64,000 nt of DNA from a virus (lineage: Duplodnaviria > Caudoviricetes), in the IMG/VR virus record IMGVR_UViG_3300050120_000065, positions 1,742 to 65,741 of that record; one strand, 5' to 3'. Each line of letters begins with the position of its first letter. Position 1 is the first letter of the stretch. This document shows, piece after piece, positions 17,513 to 26,089 of the stretch. The notes under the pieces were generated by a model that worked only from the letters and a program-made list of their open reading frames with translations, was not told the DNA's origin and searched no databases. A program made the translations under genes and the position numbers.

Positions 17513-17794
17513 GTGATGGTTGACTTGTATGTGAATCGAAAGATCCGGCTACCGATCCACGGCGACGCCGAGTATGAGCGCATCATGGAATTTGCTGAAT
17601 CCGGGAGGCTATACCAGTTTGCTGGCGACGAATGCCTTGTAACCGAGGCGCATTACGACAGCGTCTGGAAGCGTGGCGAATTCGAACTGACACCTATAGT
17701 TCATGTTGTAACGGCAGTCATCGCAGCCATCCACCCGGACGACAGCAGGTCGCGACAGAACCACGTCCGCGACGCCGTTCAGGCTAATTGGTGA
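17513..17794 (+). CDS. hypothetical protein
   Basis: GGAGG RBS. Confidence 0.5.
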   Translation: MMVDLYVNRKIRLPIHGDAEYERIMEFAESGRLYQFAGDECLVTEAHYDSVWKRGEFELTPIVHVVTAVIAAIHPDDSRSRQNHVRDAVQANW

Positions 17795-17798
17795 GAAA

Positions 17799-18005
17799 AT
17801 GGAATTCCAGCCGCCATTAGACGATTCACGCGCTTGCTCGCGCTGCGAACATTACGGCGGCCTAGATAGCTCTGGCGCGCACGCGGTATGCATGCGGCTA
17901 CCTGGTGGGCAGCTTCGGGCGATGCCGCAGTATGGATGCGCGTTTTTCGCTCGAGCGACGGGAAGTGACGATGACGCGGAGCCCGTTAGAGGCTGGCGGG
18001 GTTGA
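17799..18005 (+). CDS. small Cys-rich protein
   Basis: CSRCEH...C...GCAFF; converges with the end of the late operon. Confidence 0.6.
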   Translation: MEFQPPLDDSRACSRCEHYGGLDSSGAHAVCMRLPGGQLRAMPQYGCAFFARATGSDDDAEPVRGWRG

Positions 18006-18801
18006 GGGCTGAGAGCGCTGCTTTGGTTGCTGCGTGACCAGCATCGAACAGCATCTGACGCGTCGCCGTATCCATATTTCTGTCAAATGAACTGGCGTTC
18101 CCGGTCGGCACGCGCACGATGGTCGTATTGTTTTTGAGATATAGCGCAAGCTGCGACGTTTCGTTGGATGCCAACAGCAGGTCGATCAGCCGCGGCAAAA
18201 ATGTTCGAAATCCGTATTTCCCGGGCTTCAATGGCGCGTCGTCGGATTGCAACGATATGCCGATGCGCGGAATGTCATCAACGGTCAGCACGCCGGCCGG
18301 CAGGTTTTCGCAGCAACCACCATCAACCGCGCTGATACCGGCATAGTCGACCGGCACGAAAACCAGCGGAATCGAAGCCGAGGCCCGGGCTGCCAGTGCA
18401 ATCGGTGCCGTCGGCGTTGTCGCCTTGCTAAACACAAACTCTTTCTCGGTCAGCCAGTCCGACGCAACGATTTTCAGATCGATGTCGATATCTGCAAACG
18501 TCTTGCCTTGCGTTTTCAGCATCAAGAAATCGAGCAGCCTGTCACCCGTGCAGAGCGCGCCCTTGGTGATAAACGTCCAGGGCGAGAAAGTCATGTACGG
18601 CGCCCAATCGAGCGTCATGCATAACTCTCTCAAGTCGGCTAGCGATATTCCGCTTGCGAATAACGCTGCGATGATGCTGCCGCCGCTCGTGGAGGATATC
18701 TCAGGGACGGACAGGCCGGCTTCATCGACCGCATAGAGCGCGCCCAAATGCGCTGGCAAACGGTACCCAGAACCGCTAAGCGCGAGCCTGACCTGTTTCA
18801 T
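17986..18801 (-). CDS. patatin-like phospholipase
   Basis: LALSGSGYR oxyanion loop, STSGG nucleophile elbow, RASASIP, DGG. Confidence 0.9.
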   Translation of the reverse strand: MKQVRLALSGSGYRLPAHLGALYAVDEAGLSVPEISSTSGGSIIAALFASGISLADLRELCMTLDWAPYMTFSPWTFITKGALCTGDRLLDFLMLKTQGKTFADIDIDLKIVASDWLTEKEFVFSKATTPTAPIALAARASASIPLVFVPVDYAGISAVDGGCCENLPAGVLTVDDIPRIGISLQSDDAPLKPGKYGFRTFLPRLIDLLLASNETSQLALYLKNNTTIVRVPTGNASSFDRNMDTATRQMLFDAGHAATKAALSALNPASL

Positions 18802-18803
18802 GC

Positions 18804-19301
18804 TTAGGCTACCAGCGTGCCGCTAGCCGGAGCCGGTGCGGCAGGCGCGACGATAGCACCCGAGGCGGCCGGCACAGCAGCCGGAACCGATGCAAGCGCA
18901 TTTTCCAGTGCGCCCTTGAACACACCGAGCCCCGCAACAATCAGAAGCTTGTCCGTATCGCTCAGCGACGAGATATTCGGCACTTGCGCTTGTGCCGCAG
19001 CAATCGACGTATTGATCAGGCTGGTGAGCGACGTAACGTTCAGCGTCGCATTGGCCGTGCACGTGTTGCCGAGATCTTTATTGAAAGCGGCAAACCCAGG
19101 TTGCGACGTGAGCAGCGGCGCCAACGGCTGAATGGTCGGCGTCAGGATGTTGCAGGCCGCCGTTACCTTGGCTTGCACTAGGGCAGCAATTTGGAGCGGC
19201 GTGAGCGTTACGGCTGGCGCGGTGGTGGCGCCGGTGGCGGCACAGCCAGCAAACAGCAGGCAAGCGGAAACAGCCGCGATTGCGGCGATGATCTTTTTCA
19301 T
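18804..19301 (-). CDS. lipoprotein with C-terminal hydrophobic helix
   Basis: MKK + hydrophobic + LFAGC lipobox; LLIVAGLGVF near C-terminus. Confidence 0.75.
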   Translation of the reverse strand: MKKIIAAIAAVSACLLFAGCAATGATTAPAVTLTPLQIAALVQAKVTAACNILTPTIQPLAPLLTSQPGFAAFNKDLGNTCTANATLNVTSLTSLINTSIAAAQAQVPNISSLSDTDKLLIVAGLGVFKGALENALASVPAAVPAASGAIVAPAAPAPASGTLVA

Positions 19302-19322
19302 GATGGATTCCTTGGAGAGGGA

Positions 19323-19628
19323 CTACGGGGCTAACTTGACGATGGCGCCGGTTGCGCCAATGACCGCGGCTGAAACATCGGATGCGGCAATTGCCGCGGC
19401 AGCTATCGGTGCAGACGCCTTAACGCCAGTCTCGGCAAAGCGGACTACAAACGTCCCGCCCTGCTCGGTGGCAAAGAAATTGAGCGTGCCGACGTCCTTT
19501 GCTGACCAAGCGGTCGCGCGGCAGCACAAGACTTGCTTCGACGCGGTATCGTAGAACGGCTCAACCGAATACGAGGCGCAGCCGGCCAGCGCAGCCAGCA
19601 GGATCAGTGCGAGCGTGGCGCGGATCAT
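19323..19628 (-). CDS. lipoprotein
   Basis: MIRATLALILLAALAGC lipobox; hydrophobic Ala-rich C-terminus. Confidence 0.7.
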   Translation of the reverse strand: MIRATLALILLAALAGCASYSVEPFYDTASKQVLCCRATAWSAKDVGTLNFFATEQGGTFVVRFAETGVKASAPIAAAAIAASDVSAAVIGATGAIVKLAP

Positions 19629-19867
19629 TGCGGTGCGGCGGGTTGTGCAGGCGTAGCGGGCTCTTGCGGCGCTGCGGGAGCAGGCTGGGCAACCGTGGCC
19701 GCCGGCGTGTTTGCGCTGGTGGAGACGTGATAGATGCCCAGGCCCGACAGCGCTGCGCCGATTGCGGTAATGAAACCGTCGACCGGAGTCTTGCCCATAT
19801 AGGCCAGCGTGCCCCACGCGCCGAGCAAGAGTGCGGCGCCGATAAATTTGAGAATGTTTGCGTTCAT
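19625..19867 (-). CDS. 2-TM holin-like protein
   Basis: AGGAG RBS; two TM helices and Pro/Ala tail. Confidence 0.6.
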   Translation of the reverse strand: MNANILKFIGAALLLGAWGTLAYMGKTPVDGFITAIGAALSGLGIYHVSTSANTPAATVAQPAPAAPQEPATPAQPAAPQ

Positions 19868-19875
19868 ATTTGCTC

Positions 19876-20397
19876 CTATGCTGTTGGGTGAGTCGCTACG
19901 GGTAACTCTTCGTCTGGCGTCAGGATGAAGTCTGCACGCCGGTTGCGGTCCATAACCCAGATCGGATACGGGACTAGATGGATGCCGTGATCCTTCATGC
20001 GATGGTGCTTCGCGCAGAGAACCATCATGTTGTATTCGGAGTCGATGAAGTCGGACGGCTCTTTGTAGGTCGACCAGTCGAACCCTGGATGCAGCGCGCG
20101 CATCTTGTCGAAGTCGATTCCATCGGCGTCCGCCCATTCAGCGTGGAAGTGATGCACCTCCCTCGCCTCTTTGGTGCCGCATACCCAGCACGGCGTATCC
20201 AGCACGTTGATCAGGTGATGCTTGGTCTTACGGAACAGGGCCGACTCAGCGCGCGGCGGATGGTCAGGATAGAAAATATCGATAACGATTGTTTCGCGCT
20301 GCTCATGTTCGTGCGCTGGCTGCGCCGCCATCCCCTCAGCCGTGCATTGCGCGCACGGGGACTCAAGCGGCACGCTATGGCTGCATCGTGTGGTCAT
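19876..20397 (-). CDS. HNH-like nuclease-fold protein
   Basis: CWVCG..EVHH...NMMVLCAKHH...GIH. Confidence 0.65.
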   Translation of the reverse strand: MTTRCSHSVPLESPCAQCTAEGMAAQPAHEHEQRETIVIDIFYPDHPPRAESALFRKTKHHLINVLDTPCWVCGTKEAREVHHFHAEWADADGIDFDKMRALHPGFDWSTYKEPSDFIDSEYNMMVLCAKHHRMKDHGIHLVPYPIWVMDRNRRADFILTPDEELPVATHPTA

Positions 20398-20413
20398 AAT
20401 TTTGGGAGTTGGA

Positions 20414-20761
20414 TCAGCGCTGGACGCCGACGATCTTGATTGAGCGCGCAGAGGTGCGCCCTTGGCTGGTGACGATGGTTACGGTCACGATGTAGATGCT
20501 TCCGACGGTCGGCGTGGAGAGCCACCATACGACTAAGCCGCCACTCACTAGCGTCCCGTTTGGGCTCGGATTGACGGTCAGCGTCGCGTCTGGTCCGGTG
20601 TACGTGACCGTTGGCGTGCCGATGATGGTTTCGCCCGGAGCGAGCCAAGAACCGACGCCTAGCGGTGGTGCTGGACATCCCCAATTCATCCCAAAGTCGA
20701 GAATCTCTGTCGGGCCCAGGTCGAATGTCTGGAGCGGACCATCCCATTGGCAGGCTTGCAT
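20414..20761 (-). CDS. small beta-sandwich virion protein (putative fibre adaptor)
   Basis: GP.E.LDF..NW...L..GETI...VVWWLS..T.G..Y.V...I.TS.GRT..RS pattern. Confidence 0.6.
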   Translation of the reverse strand: MQACQWDGPLQTFDLGPTEILDFGMNWGCPAPPLGVGSWLAPGETIIGTPTVTYTGPDATLTVNPSPNGTLVSGGLVVWWLSTPTVGSIYIVTVTIVTSQGRTSARSIKIVGVQR

Positions 20762-20771
20762 GGCCTACCCC

Positions 20772-21404
20772 TTATTGGGCGTTAATGTCATAGCCGATCA
20801 CGGCAGCACCGGCGGCAATGTTGGGCGAGATATTGGCGCCGACAGTCGTGGGTGTGCCGGTTGCCTGGATGCAGTACTCCCATGCGTGCCCTGAAGTCAG
20901 TGCGTCGTACATGGCAAACCCGACGACTAGACCAAGACTGGTAGTTACTTGAGCGAAGGCGATCGCATTGTTGTTACTGATCTGGCCTGTAGCGCCGGTC
21001 GATGCAACTGTGGTCCCTGCGCCCTGCGTGCCTGACCAGTTAGCCAGCGTCGATGCATACGAGACGCGGGCGTAACCAGTGGCGGATCCCTCAGGAATCG
21101 TGCCGCCGTAGAGCGCGGTGGTCTGCTCGGTCCATACAGCCGTGCCGTCTGTGACAGTGCCGCCCGCGGTGGTCGGCCAAGTCGGCTCGCCTGATCCGGT
21201 TGTGCCGGCCGTGGTGCATTTGTAGAGGCGGCCGTTCAGTGTTGCCGGGACGGTGTAAGCATTAAGCGCAACCACAGTGCTGCGCGGAGACTGCCCCGCC
21301 GACGCTACGATCAAGCCGACGAAGCGGGGGGTCGGGTAAGAGACGGACTGGCCGCGGTATTCGGCATCAATCTTTTGATTTTGCTTAAAAAGGGTATCTA
21401 GCAC
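20772..21404 (-). CDS. putative fibre-associated virion protein with inserted carbohydrate-binding-like module
   Basis: GYARV..ISNNNAIAF core plus YKCTTAGTTGSGEPTWPTT.G.TVTDGTAVWT insert. Confidence 0.65.
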   Translation of the reverse strand: MLDTLFKQNQKIDAEYRGQSVSYPTPRFVGLIVASAGQSPRSTVVALNAYTVPATLNGRLYKCTTAGTTGSGEPTWPTTAGGTVTDGTAVWTEQTTALYGGTIPEGSATGYARVSYASTLANWSGTQGAGTTVASTGATGQISNNNAIAFAQVTTSLGLVVGFAMYDALTSGHAWEYCIQATGTPTTVGANISPNIAAGAAVIGYDINAQ

Positions 21405-21413
21405 TTTCGGCTC

Positions 21414-23207
21414 CTAGGCCACATTGACAATGCGATCCTCGGGCGGCACGCTCAAGGTTCTGTTTTCAGGCGGGATGTTTGCGATGCGCGACTCAGGAGC
21501 GACCACAGCAATGCGGCTCTCTGGCGATACGTTGGCGATGCGATTTTCTGGATCGACGTTGAAGACGCGTTCAGGGACGCGAAACAACGCGATGCGCGCG
21601 GCACCGGTAGTCGTGTTCAGGGCGGCGGCTGAAACCTGGGCAAGTGCGCCGACGACAACACTTCCGACAGAGGAATTGAAACCAGTCGCGGAAATTTGCG
21701 ATGCACTGGGCGCCAGTACATGGACGTTGCCGGTATCGACGTCCAGGCCGTTCGCCGCCACGGGCGCCGAGCCTGAGACGCTTACCGCCCCGAATGTCGC
21801 GTCATTGGCTGCGCCGGCGATTCCTGCTACACCGCCGATGGCCACCGAGCCGGCTGGTACGCCGAGCGCGCCAAACTGAATCGCAGCGGACCCGCCAACG
21901 CGAATCGAGCCAGCCGCGCTATCAAGCGCCGTCGCGGACACCCCAGCGATGCCGGTTAGTGCAAACGAGCCCGTGCTGACATTGAATGAGGATGCTGAGA
22001 CTGAGCCCGCGCCAGGCGTACTGACTTGCACCGCTCCGGTCGTGGCATCAAGCCCAGTGCAGGCTATGGCGCCCTTGCCGATGACTTGCGACGCGCCTGC
22101 CGTGGCGGCCAGTGCTTGAGCCTGGAGTGCTGCGATGCCGCCAAGCTGAATGGCGCCAGCCGTAGCATCGAGACCATTCGCGTCGATCGCCGCCGAGCCG
22201 CTTAGCCCGGAATTCCCGATTACGGCGTCGAGCGCGGTCACATGCAATGCTGCGACACCGGCGATCGCTACCGAGCCGGACGTGGCAGTTAAACCGGTAC
22301 CAGACGCCGCAGCGAAACCACCGAGCGATATCGTTCCTTTCGTCGCATCCAGGCCGGCAGCGCTGAGCGCGCCAGCGCCGCCGATCGCAACAGCGCCGAC
22401 CGTGACATCAAAGCCAGAAGCAACTATTGCCGCCGTGGTCGCGGCCGTGAATGTAAGCCGGATCTGGCCTTGCGCTCCAGCCCCGCCCGCAGCGTTGACG
22501 GAGTTCGTAGCTTCGCAACCGCCGCCACCGCCGCCCGGCAATCCACCAGCTTTACCAGCGCCGGTGCACGAGCTGCCTGCGCCACCACCACCGTTCGCGT
22601 TCGCAACGCCGGCATTGCCCGCGCCTGAAGACGCAGCGCCACCCGCGCCACCCGATCCAGCATCTCCTGCGCCACCAGGCCCGGCCGTACCGTTGGTGCC
22701 CGCACCGCCCACTCCGCCCAGACCATTCGGGCCGGGAGCCCCGCCTGCGCCGCCCGTAAAGTTCGATCCAGAGTTGGCAGTGCCATTCGATCCAGGCAGC
22801 GTCGTTGTGCCTACTGCGCCGGTTATGGTTGCGCCAAGACCAGCCGATACGGTCGATGCTGTCCCAGTTGAACCGCCGGTCTGCGCGCCGTTAGCAGCGG
22901 TGGTACTCGTGGCCTGAGAAGTTCCGCCGATCCATGTCGGGTTGCCGGGCGAGCCGTTCGTAAAACCAGATACAGTGCCGCCTGCGCCAGCCGCGCCAAT
23001 CGCGAAATTAACGGTCGCGCCGGGCGTGCGGCTGATGGCTGGCGATGCGGAGTAACCGCCCGATGCGCCAGGACCAGATCCGACCGGGGCCGATGGGCCA
23101 TTTTCCGATCCGCCGCCCGAGCCAGATCCCCATGTTTCCTCGGCCCACTGGGTTACGCCGGCTGGAACGACAATCGATGTTCCCGTCGTAAGGACGGTAA
23201 CCGTCAT
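21414..23207 (-). CDS. Gly-rich repeat fibre-like protein
   Basis: N-terminal Gly-rich domain, about 14 x 20-aa repeats, C-terminal 9-aa PExR repeats. Confidence 0.75.
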   Translation of the reverse strand: MTVTVLTTGTSIVVPAGVTQWAEETWGSGSGGGSENGPSAPVGSGPGASGGYSASPAISRTPGATVNFAIGAAGAGGTVSGFTNGSPGNPTWIGGTSQATSTTAANGAQTGGSTGTASTVSAGLGATITGAVGTTTLPGSNGTANSGSNFTGGAGGAPGPNGLGGVGGAGTNGTAGPGGAGDAGSGGAGGAASSGAGNAGVANANGGGGAGSSCTGAGKAGGLPGGGGGGCEATNSVNAAGGAGAQGQIRLTFTAATTAAIVASGFDVTVGAVAIGGAGALSAAGLDATKGTISLGGFAAASGTGLTATSGSVAIAGVAALHVTALDAVIGNSGLSGSAAIDANGLDATAGAIQLGGIAALQAQALAATAGASQVIGKGAIACTGLDATTGAVQVSTPGAGSVSASSFNVSTGSFALTGIAGVSATALDSAAGSIRVGGSAAIQFGALGVPAGSVAIGGVAGIAGAANDATFGAVSVSGSAPVAANGLDVDTGNVHVLAPSASQISATGFNSSVGSVVVGALAQVSAAALNTTTGAARIALFRVPERVFNVDPENRIANVSPESRIAVVAPESRIANIPPENRTLSVPPEDRIVNVA

Positions 23208-23421
23208 CGGATCACCGCGGTTCCGGTGCGCCCATGTACGTCAGCAATCTTCGTGACCTCTGATGCCGAGTCGATATGCGTGTTGGTCACGGTCACATTG
23301 CCGGGTATGCCGGCGTCGTGCAAAGCCGCAGCGACCGCATGCGCTATCACCTTCTCTGCTTCGATGAAATGGGTGTTGTCCGGGAAATCGGCATGCACGG
23401 TGAACGAGTGGAGTGTGCTCA
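23204..23421 (-). CDS. hypothetical protein
   Basis: coupled to 23207 start; start approximate. Confidence 0.55.
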
Positions 23422-23437
23422 TGACTATCCAAGACAT

Positions 23438-23461
23438 AAAAAAGCCGCCATATAGGCGGCT
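23438..23461 (-). terminator. intrinsic terminator
   Basis: GCCGCC stem plus U6. Confidence 0.7.
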
Positions 23462-23487
23462 GGTGTGATGCGGGAAAAATCAGGCTG

Positions 23488-23676
23488 TCAGAGCAACCGC
23501 TTCAAGAAATAGAAAATCGCGATCGCCAATAACCAAGCGACGCACGCGCACGCACCGATTGCAGGAAAAATAGAGGTCATCGCCTCTTCGCCGGTCTTAT
23601 TTGTGTCTTTGATCGCAACGCAGCCCAAGACGATTGCGCCGATGATCAGGGTGACGATGAGAATGTGGATGATCAT
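23488..23676 (-). CDS. 2-TM small protein after endolysin
   Basis: two TM helices, ATGA-coupled. Confidence 0.6.
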   Translation of the reverse strand: MIIHILIVTLIIGAIVLGCVAIKDTNKTGEEAMTSIFPAIGACACVAWLLAIAIFYFLKRLL

Positions 23677-24170
23677 TGCGCCAACACTCCACCAGCGGCG
23701 ACATACGCCGCCTCAAGGTCGGTCAGAGTATTCTGGTGCTGCGCATAGTTGTTTCCCGGCAGCGAGGCCCAGATGTTCGAACACAGTGCGACAGCCTTGG
23801 CGAAGTTGCCAGCATCAATAAATGGCAGCGCCGCGCGCTCGCGGATTTGCTGCAGCGCGATCAGGTCTTGCGATATCGGACTGAAATCTGGCAGGTGCAG
23901 CGATTGGCTATATGCCAGCCAATACCGTTCGAGCAACTGATACCGGCCCGCCGCAGTCGACTTCAACCCCGCATGATTGACCGTTACCAGCACTCCGGGA
24001 AAAGTCGCATAACTCGCGAATCGTGCCGGCCCGTTGATTCCGGTAACCAGCACGTCATAGCCATCGTCCTGCGTGGCTGGATCGGTCGCCGTGCCCTCGC
24101 TTGATGCGAGCATGTCGAGGAAAGCGACGCGGTTTTGTCCGCCCGCTTGAGCCGCTGTGATTCGCGTCAT
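23673..24170 (-). CDS. endolysin, lambda R-like lytic transglycosylase
   Basis: AFLDMLASSEGT, STAAGRYQ, DFSP.SQD, IWASLPG. Confidence 0.93.
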   Translation of the reverse strand: MTRITAAQAGGQNRVAFLDMLASSEGTATDPATQDDGYDVLVTGINGPARFASYATFPGVLVTVNHAGLKSTAAGRYQLLERYWLAYSQSLHLPDFSPISQDLIALQQIRERAALPFIDAGNFAKAVALCSNIWASLPGNNYAQHQNTLTDLEAAYVAAGGVLAQ

Positions 24171-24622
24171 TTAGAGCCCGATGTAGTTTGCACCGGTGGC
24201 AGCACCGGCATCGTGCGCCCTTGAACGAGGAATTCGAGCGTGCCGATCCGATCGTCCTGGCGCTGCGACTCTTGGTAGAAGCTTTTCATTTCTAGCAGCA
24301 ACCAGCCGCAGCCACCCAGACAGACCAACAGCACCGCCCCTGTAGCCTTCCATGCCCATCCCTGGGCGTAAGTGGCTCTCTCGACTTTGTTGAGCCGTGG
24401 ATAGAGTGCGATGAACTGGTCGTCATGTCCCTTCAATCTTTCGGCGTGTTGACCAATCGCCTGCGCCTGGAGCTTCTGGCCGACATTCAATTCGATCAGC
24501 GTTTCCAAATTTTTCTTGATCTCGCCCAGCAACAGCGAGTTGTTCGCGTGCCGCTCGTCCACCTTTTTGTCGAGCTGGGTTATCTGCCACTGCAATTCGG
24601 CATTGGTGACGTGTTCGGTCAT
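24167..24622 (-). CDS. coiled-coil + TM protein, holin/antiholin-like
   Basis: directly upstream of endolysin; one TM at about aa 90-110. Confidence 0.55.
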   Translation of the reverse strand: MTEHVTNAELQWQITQLDKKVDERHANNSLLLGEIKKNLETLIELNVGQKLQAQAIGQHAERLKGHDDQFIALYPRLNKVERATYAQGWAWKATGAVLLVCLGGCGWLLLEMKSFYQESQRQDDRIGTLEFLVQGRTMPVLPPVQTTSGSK

Positions 24623-24651
24623 CGTGTGGTCGCCCTTGCGCTCCGAGGAAT

Positions 24652-24675
24652 AAAAAAAGCCGCTCGGAGGCGGCT
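24652..24675 (-). terminator. intrinsic terminator
   Basis: AGCCGC stem plus U7. Confidence 0.7.
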
Positions 24676-24695
24676 CGATGTTGTGTTATTTTTAC

Positions 24696-24724
24696 TTGAC
24701 GGCGCGGTCCATTGGACCTATCTT
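24696..24724 (+). promoter_or_regulatory. sigma70 promoter with palindromic operator in the spacer
   Basis: TTGACG-17-TATCTT; GGTCCA-T-TGGACC at 24706-24718. Confidence 0.75.
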
Positions 24725-24777
24725 GATCGCACTGGCACCTCGCATCTCGCGCGGTCCGACATCCCGAAAGGACGATC

Positions 24778-25920
24778 ATGAGAAACTGTTTTCGTGCGCT
24801 TTTTCGCGCACTGGGAATCACCCGACATGCATTACAAGCCGCCCTCACCGGCAGACGTAGAGCGCCTGAAAAAGGAGCTGGGCTTCGACGGCACGCAGAT
24901 GGCCGAACTATTCGGTGTGGCCGGAAGTCGGGCGTTTCGCCGGTACACATCGCTATCGAGCGACCCGAGCAACAAGCGAGACGTCAGCGCGCACATGCTG
25001 TTCTTCGCGATGGCGCAGCTGGAACTGAGCGCCGCGACTATCGCCCGAGTCTTGGAGCGCATGCGCCAAGCCGGGGCAGAAATCGATTTGGATGCGGCTG
25101 GCGAATCGCCCTCATCGCTGGATTAAGCTTTTGTCTTGCGGCGTGCGGCGGCGATGACAATTCGGATCCGCTGTCCACGACCATTACCGCACCAATCGCG
25201 GCCACCTCAATCGCGGCACCAGCGACCACGCAGCCATCCTCGCCCGTAGTTGCGCCAACCGCAGCATCAGCGCCCGTGCCCGCTTCAACACCAGTGGTCG
25301 CTATCGCGGTTTATGGCGATGACGCGATGGCAGGCTTCACAGTCAATTCGATGGGCATGCTCTCGGTCGTCACGCCCAACGAACCCGCCGATCTACAAGC
25401 GTCACTGCAAAGCCAGTTTGCCGACACCGGAATATCGGTCCAAAACAACGCCACGGGCGGGGGCGCCAGCTCCCTCAAGAATGAACTGACCGGCATGGAT
25501 GGGGGTGGGCCACCGACGGTGCAACGCCTCGCCGCGACCAAGGCTGTGCTCGTGATCGACAATCACGCAGTCAATGACGCGCTCGGCGGCGAAAATGTGA
25601 ACGACTTCACGGGCTTTTTAGGCCAATGGATCAACGCCGTGCGCGGAGCAGGCAAGACGCCGATCCTCGAAGAGCCTGGTCCGGTCTGCGATGGCAATCA
25701 CCCGCAACTTGGCACTTACGTGCAAGCGATGGACGATGTGGCTGGGCAGTATGGCGTGCCCGTCATCAAGCAATATGCGTTCATCCAAACGGTGCCGAAC
25801 TGGTGCAGCCACATGGCTGGCGGATTTTATCCGGACAGCTTTATCGATGGACTGAAGGCGCAGCAAGAACTTGCTGTTATTGGGCCACTCGTCAAAGGCA
25901 TTATTGCGACTACGCCTTGA
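24778..25920 (+). CDS. SGNH/GDSL-fold lipoprotein with degenerate active site (start uncertain)
   Basis: lipobox LAACGG, IAVYGDD, NNATGG, NHAVND, FYPD. Confidence 0.7.
   Translation: MRNCFRALFRALGITRHALQAALTGRRRAPEKGAGLRRHADGRTIRCGRKSGVSPVHIAIERPEQQARRQRAHAVLRDGAAGTERRDYRPSLGAHAPSRGRNRFGCGWRIALIAGLSFCLAACGGDDNSDPLSTTITAPIAATSIAAPATTQPSSPVVAPTAASAPVPASTPVVAIAVYGDDAMAGFTVNSMGMLSVVTPNEPADLQASLQSQFADTGISVQNNATGGGASSLKNELTGMDGGGPPTVQRLAATKAVLVIDNHAVNDALGGENVNDFTGFLGQWINAVRGAGKTPILEEPGPVCDGNHPQLGTYVQAMDDVAGQYGVPVIKQYAFIQTVPNWCSHMAGGFYPDSFIDGLKAQQELAVIGPLVKGIIATTP
24827..25126 (+). CDS. XRE-like HTH regulator
   Basis: Y.PPSP.DVERLK.ELG..GTQMAELFGV...R.FRRYT. Confidence 0.75.
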   Translation: MHYKPPSPADVERLKKELGFDGTQMAELFGVAGSRAFRRYTSLSSDPSNKRDVSAHMLFFAMAQLELSAATIARVLERMRQAGAEIDLDAAGESPSSLD

Positions 25921-26089
25921 GCGCACTAGCTTGAGTCTCGGTCTGCGCCAGCTGATTTCCTCGGCATAAAAAAGCCACCCGAAGGCGCCCTCATAGACAG
26001 CGGGTTTGGGGTGGGATACTCTCCGGAATCTAATTCGTGGCGCTTCCGCCTTAATTTCGTCCAAAAATCAGGTCCGCGTCCACTGTCCA

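Noticed and set aside
25968-25990. Terminator between the SGNH and acyltransferase genes
   Set aside because: Degenerate copy of the 41755 hairpin with a mismatched stem; probably a relic.
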